Positions 23,977-37,227 of a DNA stretch of 64,000 nt are shown piece by piece. The stretch spans positions 1-64,000 of the forward strand of contig CM030332.1 in NCBI GenBank assembly GCA_017654855.1, read 5' to 3'. A program made the position numbers and the translations under genes. The stretch is from Podospora anserina (Eukaryota). Under the pieces are notes generated by a model. The model was given only the letters and a program-made list of their open reading frames with translations, did not search any database and had not been told where the DNA came from. Position 1 is the stretch's first letter; every line of letters starts with the position of its first letter.

Positions 23977-24591
23977 TATGTATAAGATGCTTGGATTAGT
24001 TCCAGCGGCTCCTTAATGGAGATGGTTACTTCTGATTCGTCATTCGACCAATTCCCGCTCGCCTTGCTTTTGCCGCGTCTGCCCAGTAAGACCTACTTAT
24101 CCCCATCATCCACTGGTGGTCCTCACAGCAACCATGCCGGAAATAGTTAAGCAGGATTCCTTTCATCGCGACGAGCCAGTGACTCCGGAAGGTCCTCACA
24201 GTAACCGCTCACTCTTGGGACTCATCAGGCGGGAACCTCAGCCATTAGTATTCGGCAAAGCCAGACTCTAGAGAAGATTGGCTCTTCTAAGAGACCATTC
24301 AACCGTCGCGCTCTGTCGGGATATCCTCCATTGGTTAATCTAGATACAATAATGTGGTCGATCTAGTCCCGATCCCTTTAGTGGGTTCTACCTTGGGCTG
24401 CGGTGCATCAGAAGGCCGAGGGGTAGAACTGAAATGGTTCAATCTGTGTAGTTAACCCTTTGGTCAGAGCCGTGGTTGGATGTTTGTGATGTGACCTGAG
24501 GCCGACTACCGGTAATACACCGATGCCCACCGTGGCCAATGTTGTGAGATGAGTTCTTCACTCATCATATGGCTCAACAGTGTGACACTTA

Positions 24592-24760
24592 GACGTCCAC
24601 AGTTGGCAGAGGACCTTGCACCACAATCAATCATCTTTCACCACACATTCAGAAGCTACCATTGATACGTGCGATGGCCACTGGTGCAAATAGGCACGTC
24701 TGAATGTGTGGTGAAAGATGATTGATTGTGGTGCAAGGTCCTCTGCCAACTGTGGACGTC
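24592..24760. mobile_element. MITE-like foldback element (169 bp) flanked by TA
   Basis: Perfect 66-bp inverted arms (24588-24653 and 24699-24764) around a 45-bp spacer, reading TA|GACGTCCAC...GTGGACGTC|TA. Confidence 0.75.
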
Positions 24761-26616
24761 TAAGAACATGTGCAGCCCAGTGTGTGCTGGGCACGCAATG
24801 GTCCCGCACTATGCGGAGCGCTCTCCATAACAGATCAGGAGAGATGGGAAGATTATATACATGGAGGAATTAGCTAGCTTGCCGGATTGTTAATAGCGAT
24901 CTAAAGTCGGAGTTCCAGGAAATACAAATCAAGATGATAAACGAGTGACAGTCCAGATGGCCAAAATGGATAACAGCGCATAGGACAACAGCGATGCCCC
25001 GACCCTTCCTCCAACAGTCAAGATTCAACCCCACCAGAGGGACCCACCGGGGGCGGCCCCATGTTTGAAGCAGACAGAATTCGCCCACGAGGTCTGTTCA
25101 ACTTACAGTTAGTAAAAGCACAGCTTGTCCGCGGATCCGGGGTGTGACGTACCGCTTACATAGTATGTAGCCCTAGACGACCACAGGTAAGTCCTTTCCG
25201 CAGCTAGCGCATATCTCGGCCTTCGTGATGTTATTGTAGCCGCAGGAGCAGTTGACGTTGTTAACCAGCTCGGTAGGGGTAACTGCGGCCATTTTGTGTC
25301 TGCGAAGGGACGAGATAAGTCAGCATGAAGGGAGAAAGTACGATCGGCGTTCTTCACGTATCTCACCGAAAGATTCAAGAACCTAAAGTTTGGCAGAGTA
25401 CACTGGCTGGTAGAGGCGGATGAACTGATGTTTTGAGCTTGTGGATGACTGTAGGCTGGAAAGAAGCTCCTCGATGGAGGTGCGAAGTCCCCTATTTGTA
25501 TTTGGAGGTGAGGCTGCTTTGGGGCCATCGAAGTCTCTCAAGCGCATCATCCATGAAGCATAACCTCTTCCCAGCGCTTAGAGTGTGCTTGACCGCGACA
25601 AAGGCCATGATTAAACCTTAGTGCATCGAGGTTGCGTATGCGTCAGACCGGGCTGTGAAATGGGTTGCTGCCTTGCTAGAGTCACTTTGAAAGCAGGCTC
25701 CATAGGACTGATTCGCTCTCAGGCGTTACCGACTGTCTGGATACAGCGCCCGGTATCCTACGGGCCGAATACTCCACGGCACGGACCGCATCCAACACAG
25801 TGTACCAGCTCACCAGACAGGACAACCCCGAAGATCCACAGAACCTCCCATCTCGCCGTAGAAGCGGTCGTGCGTCTCGGTCCGTCAGATCTTGATCGCT
25901 GCGCTGGGGTCCAGAGGTGGGCAACATTGTGGGAATCCAGTTTCTGGGTGCCTTTGCGACGCAAACAGTTATTTGCAGCGGTCTATTTTTAGTGCTGGTC
26001 CGCCACGTGACGTCATGCACTCTAGACTTGCTGCAACGCTTCGCTCCGCTGCAGCATTCCCCCATTGAGGCTCCCCTACAAGAATGTTTCTAGGGCATGG
26101 AAAATAGAGCGACGGAGCAACGGTAGCGAACGATGAGAAGTTGACAGCTGTGGCACTTAGAACTAGGGCCCTGTGGCGCAGTAAGCCGTGGAGCGCGGGC
26201 ATGCAACCAATGGTTATGCGTCAGGTAGCTACCCTACTTCGTATTAGATGTGGGAGCGAATCGGCGCACTGTGCTTCAGGCAACTGGATTCCATGTGCAC
26301 ACCGCTCATCTCATCGCTTTCTGTCCTCACATTTCTTCCTCCCTTCCTTAATCAAACCCTTGGTGTCTCCAGACTGAAAATCTCAACCTCCAACACTTTT
26401 AACACCCCGTTGGGAACTTTCCGCAATCTCGCTGCCGCAATATCTTCAGCGTGCGGTAATAGTCCGCGCCCGGCCGCCCACATCTGCTTCTTGGCCGACC
26501 GCCCTGTTCCACTCAGCTGCTGTCAATTGACGTGTCCACGAACTCTGGGAGACTGGGATAAAGCTGCAAATATCCCATCCTTTTTTGGCGGGCCCCCGAG
26601 ATAACCACACTTCAAA

Positions 26617-27537
26617 ATGTCGTCCCCAATCCATGTCAACGATTCAATCCAGGCTATTGACGGCACTTCTTGGTTGATTGGCGAGAAGCTCCTCCTCTCT
26701 CGTCAAGCTTCTCCGCCCCCCAACCCCAATCAGTCATCATGGAGCGATGGTAGAGGAGCGTTTTTTGTCCTCTCCGATGCCCCTTCACCCTTGCCCCAAT
26801 ACCAACCACACCCAGCCGACTCGGCCGAGCTGCCCCGAGTCTACGCCGCCGGAGACCAGTCAGCTGTTTGGCGCGCCGGAGAAGCCTTTATCAAAGCGCA
26901 AAACCTCTCGGACCCAAAGAGCACCCGGGAGCACGTCACACTTGAATTCTTACACAGCAAAAAGCCTCTCGACTACAAGATTCCTAACGTGCTCTACCAT
27001 GGCGAGTGGGATGGCCGGTATTATATAATCGTTTCTCGCATACCAGGGCAGACGCTGACAGAGGCTTGGCCTACTATGGACGAGGAGTTGCGGCAGTATT
27101 ATGTTCATCGCGTTGCAGAGCTATGCGCGAAGATGGCCGAGTGGAAAGGCGAAGCGATCTGTGGAGTCGACGGAGGTCAGCTGACGGAACTATACTTGAG
27201 GAAGGGCAAGACTCTAGATCCCGAGATCCTCGAAGAGAATTGCATTGGGATTGGCATGGATGTTTCTTCTTTGGTGTTCTATCACTGCGATCTAGGGCCA
27301 GGAAATATTCTTGTTGAGCCTGATAATAACCGAGGGATAGGAATTATCGACTGGGAGACTGCCGGGTACGTCCCGAGAGAGTGGGTTAGGACAAAGTTTC
27401 ACCTCTCTTCGGGGATGGATTTCCCTGATGTGGAGGATATGCACAAGTCGGACTGGCGACGTCTTGTTTCTAGGAAACTGGCTGCGATGGGGTTTAAAGA
27501 GGTGATTGATGGGTGGCTAGCCTTTCCAAGCGCATAG
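26617..27537 (+). CDS. Aminoglycoside phosphotransferase (APH)/choline-kinase-like protein, 306 aa
   Basis: Intronless ORF with the Brenner motif FYHCDLGPGNIL, GIIDWETAGY and the N-lobe AVWRAGEAFIK. Confidence 0.9.
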   Translation: MSSPIHVNDSIQAIDGTSWLIGEKLLLSRQASPPPNPNQSSWSDGRGAFFVLSDAPSPLPQYQPHPADSAELPRVYAAGDQSAVWRAGEAFIKAQNLSDPKSTREHVTLEFLHSKKPLDYKIPNVLYHGEWDGRYYIIVSRIPGQTLTEAWPTMDEELRQYYVHRVAELCAKMAEWKGEAICGVDGGQLTELYLRKGKTLDPEILEENCIGIGMDVSSLVFYHCDLGPGNILVEPDNNRGIGIIDWETAGYVPREWVRTKFHLSSGMDFPDVEDMHKSDWRRLVSRKLAAMGFKEVIDGWLAFPSA

Positions 27538-28139
27538 AGAACTGACATCTTGTCGAGTCTGCTCTGGGGAAGAAGAAGAGTGCCAGAGGGTGGGAGGACA
27601 ATTCTTTTTAGACACACACACAACCTGTCACAACACACACTAAACACTGGGATCCCTGGACATAGAGGTGGCGAAGAGTCACCACATCACTGTACATTAG
27701 GCGGGATGGAACCCCTCTTGATCCGAAGGGAGCTTGCTCCCTTCGGATCAGTCTTTGTAATGAGAGGAGATGCAGGAGTTCCCAATGCAAGATTAATTCA
27801 GTGCTGGAAACACACCTAATTGCTAGTATATCGTCCTTCCGAGCACTGTTGAGCCATCTTCCTTAACAACGCAGCTGTTGGGAGTCGTTTCTGACAAGAC
27901 CCTCCATCAATACATCCCTCATCAAGATTGTGTACCATAACGAACGACTCTTTATGCGAAAAAGAACGGAAGATCGACGTGATCGGAGGAAAAACAAGGA
28001 TATCATACGGAAGATAGTCCATTTCGGAGGCTACCTTTTATTAGCAACAATTAATGCTCCACACTTCGCGTTGATACGCAGACCAAGTGACAGTAAAAGA
28101 GGCACGGGTGCTGGACGAGCTCTGCCTCTTCATCAATGA

Positions 28140-28842
28140 TCTCCTCAGCGCCGTTCGAGTCTAGCGTCAATCCATTGTTCTTGACCACGCTGGTCAATCG
28201 AGATATACTTTCTTCCAGCTCGGAGCACGCGTCCAGGACTTTCGGTTACAAGGCAGTAGATGCGCGTTCCTCATTATTGACAACAACCCCCTCCTTCATA
28301 GGAGAGCGGTTAATAGTGTCCAGTCGATCATGAATCTTGCCAATTTCGCCTAAGATCTGGCCTGGTGCCAGCGATGTGGCATTGGCATTGGTGGCATCGG
28401 CCGAAGAGGCACTAGCAGTGCCTTCTGCTTGGAGGAGCGCGAGATGCAAGTTGAGTTCTGTGACAAACCCGCGGACCCGGCCAGAAGCATGCTCCAAGCC
28501 CTTCTCCTTCCACACAGATCGGAATCCGGTTTAAAGCCTATCCGAGCAAGAAGACGAGGCCGGCTGTAAGCGCCTGGCAAGAGTTTCGAACGACGTCAGC
28601 TCCGTGGCGTAAGGGTCAAAATGCTGCTTTAAGATCGCAACGGCTGTGGGCGAAAAGGCGTTGAGAGAGCACTGTGACAGCCGGTTCAGAACTGTTGTCA
28701 GTGACTCCATATCTTGCGCCAGCTGAATAACCGCTCGTGGCCCATTGTTGGCTGCCGACAGAAGCTTTCGGATGCCTTGGGCCAATTTCAGACTCAACTC
28801 AATAATAGTAAGTATGCTTGCCGCTGTGCTCATGCCGTCCAT
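28140..28842 (-). pseudogene. Fungal STAND N-terminal (HeLo-like) domain gene with premature stops
   Basis: MDGMSTAASILTIIELSLKL... continues in the same frame through TAA (28531) into TGFRSVWKEKGLE...LNLHLALLQ, with another in-frame TAA at 28246. The 3' end is uncertain. Confidence 0.65.
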
Positions 28843-29205
28843 AGTGGTTAGGTGTTGTGTTGTAACTTGATCCTCGCGTTGGGTTATAAAGAAGGTTCGA
28901 GGTTTACATTGAGATCCCCCGTAAGGGGTCGGGAGCTGTTGGGGATTGAACTCCTAAGAAGTGGCAGTACAGCCACCTGCTATGTAACGCCGGTTACGGT
29001 GTGCCTTGTGATATGCCCTGCAACTTGTTCTACTAGCAGTGTTTTACGAACTCTGTAAGTAAAACGGAGCTACGGAGCCCATGGAGTTTCTTCAGTACCT
29101 GTGATCAGAACTAGGGTGTAGCGTTTCTAACAGTTCTATGGCATCTCCGGCGGCGTTGCGTCAACTTGCAGTATTAGCTACGCTAAATGGTTTTGCTTTG
29201 TTATA

Positions 29206-30763
29206 AGTGAAGGTAGGGGTTAACCGGGCCCCCCTGGTAACCGGCCCCCCCCCCACACCGCGTCATCCCTGCACACGCGTCACCGCGTTCAAGGGCTTTA
29301 CCTCACCACCACACACCACACCTTTGGCCGATTGGCTTCGTTCTTTTTGCCTTACGTAGCCAGATAGCTATCATGGCTAAATATAGCGAAACGGACCTAC
29401 AAAACGCCATCAACGATGTTCTGGATAGCAAATCAGTCAAATCGTCGGCCCGGCGCCATGGCATTCCTCCCCAGACCCTTCGCGATCGAATTACCCACTT
29501 CAAACCACGTAATCTCGCCCATGAAAAGCAGCAGAGACTTTCCCTTGTTCAAGAAGAACGCTTGTACAATGGGTTTTACGTCAAGAAGGTCTTGGTTTCT
29601 CTCCAACGCACGCTCAACTCCGGTCGATCGCTCAGAACATTTTAAGATTGCAAGGCGACGACGAACCACTAGAAAAAAGATAGTCTATAACCTTCATCAA
29701 ACGCCATGATATTATTAAGACAAAGATAGGCCGTCGGACCAACTGACAACGAGTCAACGCAGCAAATCCAGACAATATCAACAAGCTTTTCGACCTCTAT
29801 GATACTATTACTTGGATACCTCCTCGAAGATGATTCAACGCTAATGAGGGAAGAATTATGGAAGGTCAAGGTGTGAATGGCCTTGTTATCGGAAGTTCTC
29901 AAGTTCGTCCAAATCAATACCTGTCAAAACGGATCATTCACGCTCCTGGACCTCTTTTATCGAGTGTATCTCAGCGACTGGTGATGTCTTGAATCCGCCC
30001 ATCATCTTCAAGGCGAAATCTATCCAAGATCAGTGGTTCCGACAGCAATTTCTCGAGAAACATCCCACCTGGCAGGTCACATGCTCAGAAAATGGTTGGA
30101 CTAGCAATGAAATTGCTCTGGAGTGGCTGGAAAAGGTATTTCTGCCAGAAACAGCACCCAACAATCCATCAGAATCGAGATTAGTCATTCTCGACGGCCA
30201 CGGTTCACATACATCGGATGAGTTCATGACGACTTGTTTTCTGAATAACGTCTATCTGCTCTTCTTACCAGCTCACACCTCTCACGTCACGCAACCCTTA
30301 GATCTGGGCTGTTTTTCAAGCTTGAAGACAGAATATAGACGATTGCTTAGTAATTTTATTGCTTTAGTCGACTCGACACGCCAATTTACGCGAGCAGGTG
30401 GAGCAATTACAACCACGAAAATGCCGCAAAGTACGACAGGATCCAAACGAACGATTCATTATGCTTGCAGAGATTGCATCGCAGGGTAATATAGAGCCGG
30501 AACAACGCAGTGTTCGTGAGCGTAGTGTTATCGTAGTGGCTGGTGAAGAGGATGGGGATACATTAGAGGATGAGGTTGCTTTGAGGAGGCCTAACAGGTC
30601 AAGAAAGCAGATACAACGGCGTGCGTTGCAGTCCAGTGATTTGGAAGATAATAGCGAGTAGAATAGTATTTTTTCTGTATTTTTAGTCCTGAAATCGATG
30701 GAGTTATGGTTAGATATACAGTTGTGTATGTATGTGGGCGGCCGGTTAACCCCTACCTTGACT
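29206..30763 (+). mobile_element. Fot1/pogo-like DNA transposon, both TIRs present, transposase frameshifted and internally deleted
   Basis: TIRs AGT(G/C)AAGGTAGGGGTTAACCGG, flanked by TA. HTH start MAKYSETDLQNAI (29373). DDE region GWTSNEIALEWL...LDGHGSH...LPAHTSHVTQPLD. Little RIP. Confidence 0.93.
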
Positions 30764-32756
30764 TATATATATAGAAGCTGTTTCTGGCTTTGGCAAAGGC
30801 AGGGATAATTCTTATGATGCCTGCCCAGACTGCATTGCCTAGTTTTTAATCATGGTGGGGTCCATCCTAGTTCCCGAATCCGTCCAAATCAGGCAGGTTA
30901 TTTCTATATCCAGAAACGACTCCTACTGCCCACATTACTGACGAGTTCGGCTAGCTAGTGCCATATACCCAAGGGATAGAGAAGTCATTTTATGACTTGG
31001 GTGGCCTCGCGATCAAAGTCATAATTGTACCGTGCTATGTTGAGCCATATCTAGCTCCGGTGAAGGCGGGGTATTTTGTCGTGACCTTGCATCTTTGAAC
31101 GATCTGCGCCTCCAGAAACGGTTCCTAGAACTTTAGTGCCAGCGAAACTGGCTTCGAGATATCAGAAAGGCTATCGAGAATGTAACGGTCTTAAGGTAGT
31201 GTATTGCAACTAGCTAGGCCACTCTACGAGTACACTGAACTTGGAGAAGAAAAGGAAAGAGAAGAAGGAGAAGGCTTACTGGCGTGAGCATCTGATATAG
31301 TTGTGTGTGTTGGTCTGAGCGTGGGGAGAGAAGGTTCTGGATGTTTCTGGTTTAGTGGTCTGTGTGTGGAGGTGAGTGCATTCTGGGAATAGCTTCATTC
31401 AGGGGGTGGCTTGTGGGGTTCACCCGTGGCTGAGGGTTGCCAAGGCCATCACAGGGCTCAGCCCGTCACAGAGAAAGCATTTTGTTGAAATGAGGTCGAT
31501 GAGACCACCGCAAATGCAGGGGTCTCAAGAGGGTGAAGCAATTACCCAAAGACTGGCGAGTCTCGGACTGTGTTACTGAATACGACGACGTAGTTGTCGA
31601 AGGAAGAAAGTGCCACAGGGAGCAATTCCCTGCAAATACAGAAAGTAATGTAATGAGATATTGTGGTCTTACACGTAAAATACTGTAAAATAATCAATTA
31701 TATTGACTGACTTGGCGTAACTTGTCTGAAGGAGAGAAAGAAGCAAGAAAACCATCACAACAGGAAGAGGGCTCTTTATAAGCACCTGAACTTCCTTATC
31801 ATCCTTATCGCTCCCTATCGCTCAGTGGGCCCAGTTGACTTGGATCCATGGTTCAGTAAGGTCACAAGGGATCAAATTGCCGATAAGGTTCTCGTATCGA
31901 TCATGAGGCTTCTGAAGTCTCACTCGTGATCTATATCATGATGCCATTGCTCGGGGGTCCGGTCAGTGGTCTGCTCGGAGCCGTTGAGAATACTGTGGGC
32001 GAGCCGTTGGGGGCACTGTGGGCGCAGAATCAATAATGTTGAGACTGCTGGAAAATTTCACGAATAAGTGCTGCATTTTAACACATTTATGTCGGCGACT
32101 GTATATGAATCCGAAGCCGGAAAAGGCTGTGCAACCTGCCACAGTCAATTTTGGCTTACGTCTGGAGGTTCTCCACTCTCTAGCTCCATGCTTGCAAGGC
32201 TCTGGTAGTTTTAGCCGGATGACGAATATGCTTCTCCGTGATCGGCCAGCCGCTCAGCCCGCTCAGGCTGACTCAGTCACAGCTCAGATAAAGCGGCAGG
32301 TTGCTCAGGTCTAAAGACGGAAACGGAATTTGGTGCGATTCATTTTCGTCGCCGACTTATGGGGAAGTCGGCGATAAAAATTAGTCTCACACAAGTCCCA
32401 ACTTGGTTAACTAGTCTCGCCGCCCTGCTCAGGCCTTGCTCAGGCCGGCTCAGGCTTGGCTCCTTTGTGCTCAGCTGATGCTCAGGTCTTGAGCACATAG
32501 TCCTCCGATGCCGCAGGGTTCGTCAGGGGCAGCAAGTTTAGTCGAAATCCCTCAGTAAAAGCCATATATGACCCCGTGAGGAAAGAATCTGTTAGGCTCC
32601 ACACGGCTTACGCAGGACCCAGAAAAGGACATCTTTGCGACGGGGTTCTCTTCTATATAAGGAACAGCCATTTCCGGCTTCTGTCGATTTTTCCTGGCTC
32701 GTTCTCTTCCCACAAGATCCACGGGGCCACTTCTTTCAAACCTACGCATTACTTTT

Positions 32757-35700
32757 GGGACTTGCTCCACGGGCACCTTGATATTCTAAAGGGGCACCCC
32801 CCCATTCTAAAGGGGCACCCTCATATATAACCCTCGCCTAAGCGGCCAGGGTTATCGAGCAAAATCCGCACCTGAGTTCGCAGTGCACTCCCAACACCAC
32901 CACCTGTCACACCACCACTTGTAACGACGGCCACACTTACTTAGCCATCTCAAACTATATACAAATCACAGTAAAATGAAGATCTCGTAATTATTAAACA
33001 ATCAATTAAAGCTATTTCTAGACGCCGCTTTTCCACCACTGTGCTTCAAAGACATGACCTCCCACACTGCACTTGCAAGCTGAAAAGCTCAAATCTGAGC
33101 TCAATTCCAAACCAAGCCAGGAATCGCTTTCTCAGGGCCAAAGGCCTTGGAATCGCATTTTCTGAGCTCTTGGCTTGCCCCGCGAATTTAATCCTCGCCT
33201 CTGGCTCTGGCAGTAGGCCTGGTGACCCTCCCTGACCGAGTCCTTTTAGGATTGACCTGAACGGTGACCGAACTGGCTGCCATAGTAATTTGGCTGGCGG
33301 CTTGTTCCTGAACGGTCTCCTGAACACCCTCCTCCGAGCTCGAGGCGACCTGACGGCTCGGCTTCTTGGTCTTCCACTGTGAGGCCATCACGAGAGTCCG
33401 CTTCTTCTTCGGAGTGACTCTAAGCTTGACTCTTTTCGGCTGAGCTTGAGGGGGCTCTTTATCGGAGACCTCGATTACTTCGGCGGTTACTTCGGCAGCG
33501 GGCTCGTCATTAGGGTCTTGTTCGAATTTGGAAAGCCTGCGCCGTATATTCCCGGTGAGCCGGCGAGGCGCGTTCCCATGAACTGGAGGGGGGTTGACCT
33601 TTTGCTTACGGGGGGTCTTCTTGCGGGGGGTCTTCTTCGGAGTGCTCTTCTTCCGAGTGTTCTTCGGAGTGCTTTGGCTGCCGGTGACGCTATTCTGACT
33701 GGACCGAATGGGAACTCCGTCAAGTCCATTCTTCGGCCTTCCTTTGGGAATCGCCATTCGAGGGTTCTTCAGTTGTAAGTACGGATCGGTAATCTGTGAA
33801 AAAGAAGGTTAGCTGTATTATCACCACCATAAGCAGAGAGAGCTGTGAACTTGCTGGTTGACGAAGATGCCACATATGGTGGATATCCCATAGTTCAAGA
33901 GGTTTACCGTCATCTTCAATCTTCTTAAGAAGTTCATGGCGGCAAGGGAGCCCATACTGCTCGGGCATACAACAGTCCTGATCACACGGCTAAAGTGGTG
34001 TTTTAGGAGGTTAATTATTGACTAAGCGACCACCAAGGACATACTGATGCTCCTTCACGAGCAGCTCCAAGGCCTTCAGAGAAATAAATCGAGGGAGAGA
34101 TCCTAACCAAGCGCGGTTAACCATATCGTAGCGGACCTTAACTTCTTGATTGGCGACCTCAACTGTATACAAACGAAGTTGTTCAGAAGCCATTTGTTAT
34201 ACACAGGTAAACAAGCACAAAAGGTCGCTTCTTCCGTTAACCAAAAAGCTCTTGATATTCATATTCGTTACCTCTGTTGGTAAGGTCGTACGAGCGCCGC
34301 AGTTGAAGTAGTGCTTGATGGTATATTGAGCCCACTGGTCTTGGAATGGCATCCACGTCTTCCAAACGTAATCGATGACAGCTTTTTGATTATGGAAGAA
34401 CTTGTTAAGAGCTCTCCAATTCTCCTAGAACCTCTTGGCTCTGTGTGAGAACATCACGGACTTGAAGCCTTTGACGAAGCCATGGGGATCATTCGTGATT
34501 TTCGATGGGAAGATGATATCGTCGTCGACAGTAAATTCTTTGCGGATGGAGCGGAGGAGTATTTGATCTTCTTCGCTGAGCGGGGAGTTGGAATCCTAAT
34601 CCTCGTTCTCCTCGTTAGCAGTGGCATTACCGGCTTTCTTCTTCTTCCACTTTTTCTTGGCGTTGATAAGAACGTTTTTGAGGATATGAAAGGTACAAAT
34701 CTGCTGCTGTATATCCGGAAACACAGCGCTCAGAGCATTCTTTGCCTCATCGTATTTATCGGCGATGATAACGCGAGGCTTGGGAACTTTAAGCTGTTGG
34801 AGTAGCTGCTTTATGGAGTCGAAAACAAATAAGAAAGTGTCCTCTCTCTCGTTGGTCATCACGCCGAAGAATAGCGATAAGTTTGTAGTAATCGAGGTTA
34901 TTGTATTTGACTGGAAGAATGGGAGCTTGAGGTGGTTGGTTTTGTAGGTGAAATCGAGAAACCAGACATACGGGAATGCCTTCATATGGTCTACCATCTC
35001 TGGTAAATAGAAAACCAAAGCTTGAAGCTGATCTTTATCGTTGGGTTTCCACAGAGCTTTGTAGGAAATGCCTTCTTCGTCGAACTTCTTGATTAATGCC
35101 CCAACAGCAGTATAGCCAGCAGCTTTCTTGCGCTTGAGCTTTGCCCGGTAGTTGTAGACGTCCTTGCGAATGACGAGGGCATTCTTAACCTGAAGTATTG
35201 CGAGACTTGGCCTTGGAAGGTAGCGGGTCGCTATATCGATCACAGGCAAAGGTGTAGCGCCTGTAACCACCTCCCTTCTTCTTCATTCGGGCTTGGGTTT
35301 TGTTGACGGCGTAGCCGTGAGGTCTGGCCCAGAGATTCATGTAGGCAAGGAGCTGGTCAACGGTAGGAATGGGAGTGGTTTCATCATCTTCGACATCGGA
35401 GAAATCGGGTGGTAAAGTCAGGGCCCAGACTTGCTGTTCGGGAGCACTGGAAGTGTCTTCGGCTGTCGCGTTTTCTTCATTTTCGCTGCCAGAAAAGCCG
35501 TCGAAATCCGTATCATGGACGTCATCGGTGTTCTGGAAGGGATCTCCATCGGGTTCGGGCGAGAGATCTCTCTCCAAGTGTCGCTGCAAATAAACCTCCG
35601 GAAGCGCCATCGCGATACTAAAAAGTCGATCAGATTAATGAACAGAAGCAGAGGAATCGAATGAGCTTACTTCTGTGATGATAGCTTACGTGGTTCAATT

Positions 35701-35969
35701 GCGCTGATGGTTGGAAGTGGCGATGATTTTCGTGGTGGTTGGCCAAGTGGATGGGCAAGGCGCACTGGCAACGAAGATCACCAAGTTCAACGACGAGCTC
35801 GGGCACTGCAGGTGGGCCAGTGTGGCTCGTGGGCACTTCAGGAGCAATCTTTTGATGCCATTTTCAATTGAGATTTACTGCAATAAACCCTAACCCATAT
35901 GATAGGATGCCCCTTTAGAATGGGGGGGGTGCCCCTTTAGAATATCAAGGTGCCCGTGGAGCAAGTCCC
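32757..35969 (-). mobile_element. Mutator-like (MULE) DNA transposon with disrupted transposase
   Basis: ~65-bp TIRs GGGACTTGCTCCACGGGCACCTTGATATTCTAAAGGGGCAC... and TSD TTACTTTT(G). Minus-strand fragments include a FAR1-like WARPHGYAV...FACDR, the MULE core LDFTYKTN...IIADK...CTFHILKN, SWIM-like YGLPCRH and AT-hook PKGRPK. In-frame TAG/TAA stops and a frameshift near 35190. Confidence 0.93.
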
Positions 35970-36001
35970 TTACTTTTGGCCCTCCGGCCTTTCCGCATAT
36001 C

Positions 36002-36138
36002 TGTGACGGAGGGTGCAAAAGCACTGCAATGGCCAAGTGCATCAATCTTCCAAAAGGAATGCCAGAATTGCAAGTTCGACAACTTGCAATTCGGTTGCAG
36101 TATATATACTGTTGACGGTGGACCCCCACACCGTCACA
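36002..36138. mobile_element. Small solo-LTR-like element (137 bp)
   Basis: Inverted ends TGTGACGG...CCGTCACA, near-TSD ATATC/ATAGC and an internal TATATA. Confidence 0.55.
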
Positions 36139-36529
36139 ATAGCTGATACGGGACAGCCCCTGATGCGGGATGTAGATCAGATAAGATCAGAATTTGGGTA
36201 GATAAGTGTTACAACCTCGGCACAAGGACGAAATAACGATTGGTCCGGGAATAGATATGGACCCAGGATGAATAGGGACCAATCAGGGATAAGACACTGA
36301 GCTAACCAATCAGGTGAAAGGAAGCGTGCTCAGTGTGCTCAGTCACTGAGCAGAGTGAGCACGACGGATGAAGGTCTATATATACGGAGGAACTAGCTAG
36401 CTGTAGATAGTTCCGCAGTTTGCAATACAAGTTCGAGTACAAGCTTACAAGTTCGAGTACAAGCTTACAAGTTCGAGTACAAGCTTACAAGTTCGAGTAC
36501 AAGCTTACAAGTACGAGATTGAGACAAGT

Positions 36530-36859
36530 TGTCACAAGCGTGAAGCGCGAGGGTGGCACGGGCCAAGCGAGAGATAAGCAACACGATAAGGATCTAGGAT
36601 TTAGAACGTAGATCCAGGGATCTACGTGTTGAAGGATAGATCCAGTGAGAAGGGAAGTCTTGGCAGGAGATATATATATACGGAGGAACTAGATAGCTCG
36701 TAGATAGTTCCGCAGTATGCAATCACAGCTTGTATTCACGGTATCTTGTGTTTACATTGAGACATCTTGTTGTGCACTGTTTAGCTGCACCGAACCAATT
36801 GCCAGAAGTAGCCTTAACCGAGTATCCCTTTCAGAGGTTCTGTACAGGGGTTCGTCACA
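36530..36859 (+). mobile_element. Solo LTR family C (inner) with a different 5' half
   Basis: TGTCACA...GGGGTTCGTCACA. CAAGT is repeated at both junctions, overlapping the terminal CA on the right. Confidence 0.8.
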
Positions 36860-36993
36860 AGTATGCAATTCACATCGTGAGTTCTTGGGACCAAGCACTT
36901 ACGAGAGACAATTGGTGATCTTTGTTGTGTACCTTTTGGCTATACCGAACCGTTATTCAGAAGCAGCCTTCAACCCAGTATCCCTTTCAGAGG

Positions 36994-37227
36994 TGTTACG
37001 GGCAGGACAGGCGGGCAGGTCAATGACAGTGGTATTCAGCTAAACTATAGTCTAGGCTCTATTCCGTCAGGTACAGGCAGGCTCTATTGTCAAGACGTAG
37101 CTCGAAGAGCTACAAACAGATCTCGCGGCAGCGAGATGCAGAGTCTTTTGGTCGCATTGGCCCGTGCTCAGCACGTGCCAAGCTCTATCAGTGGATCGAC
37201 GACGGTCACGGTGCAACCGCCGTGACA
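36994..37227. mobile_element. Solo LTR (234 bp) nested in the family-C LTR
   Basis: TGTTACGG...CCGTGACA with a perfect 5-bp TSD AGAGG. Confidence 0.85.

Noticed and set aside
25109-26604. Overlapping short ORFs before the APH gene, including a 139-aa minus-strand ORF
   Set aside because: No recognisable motifs or convincing gene structure. A small orphan gene cannot be excluded.
30766-32750. Possible further LTR relics (TGTAACG at ~31182, GCTCAG-rich patch at 32250-32490)
   Set aside because: I could not pair termini or find TSDs.
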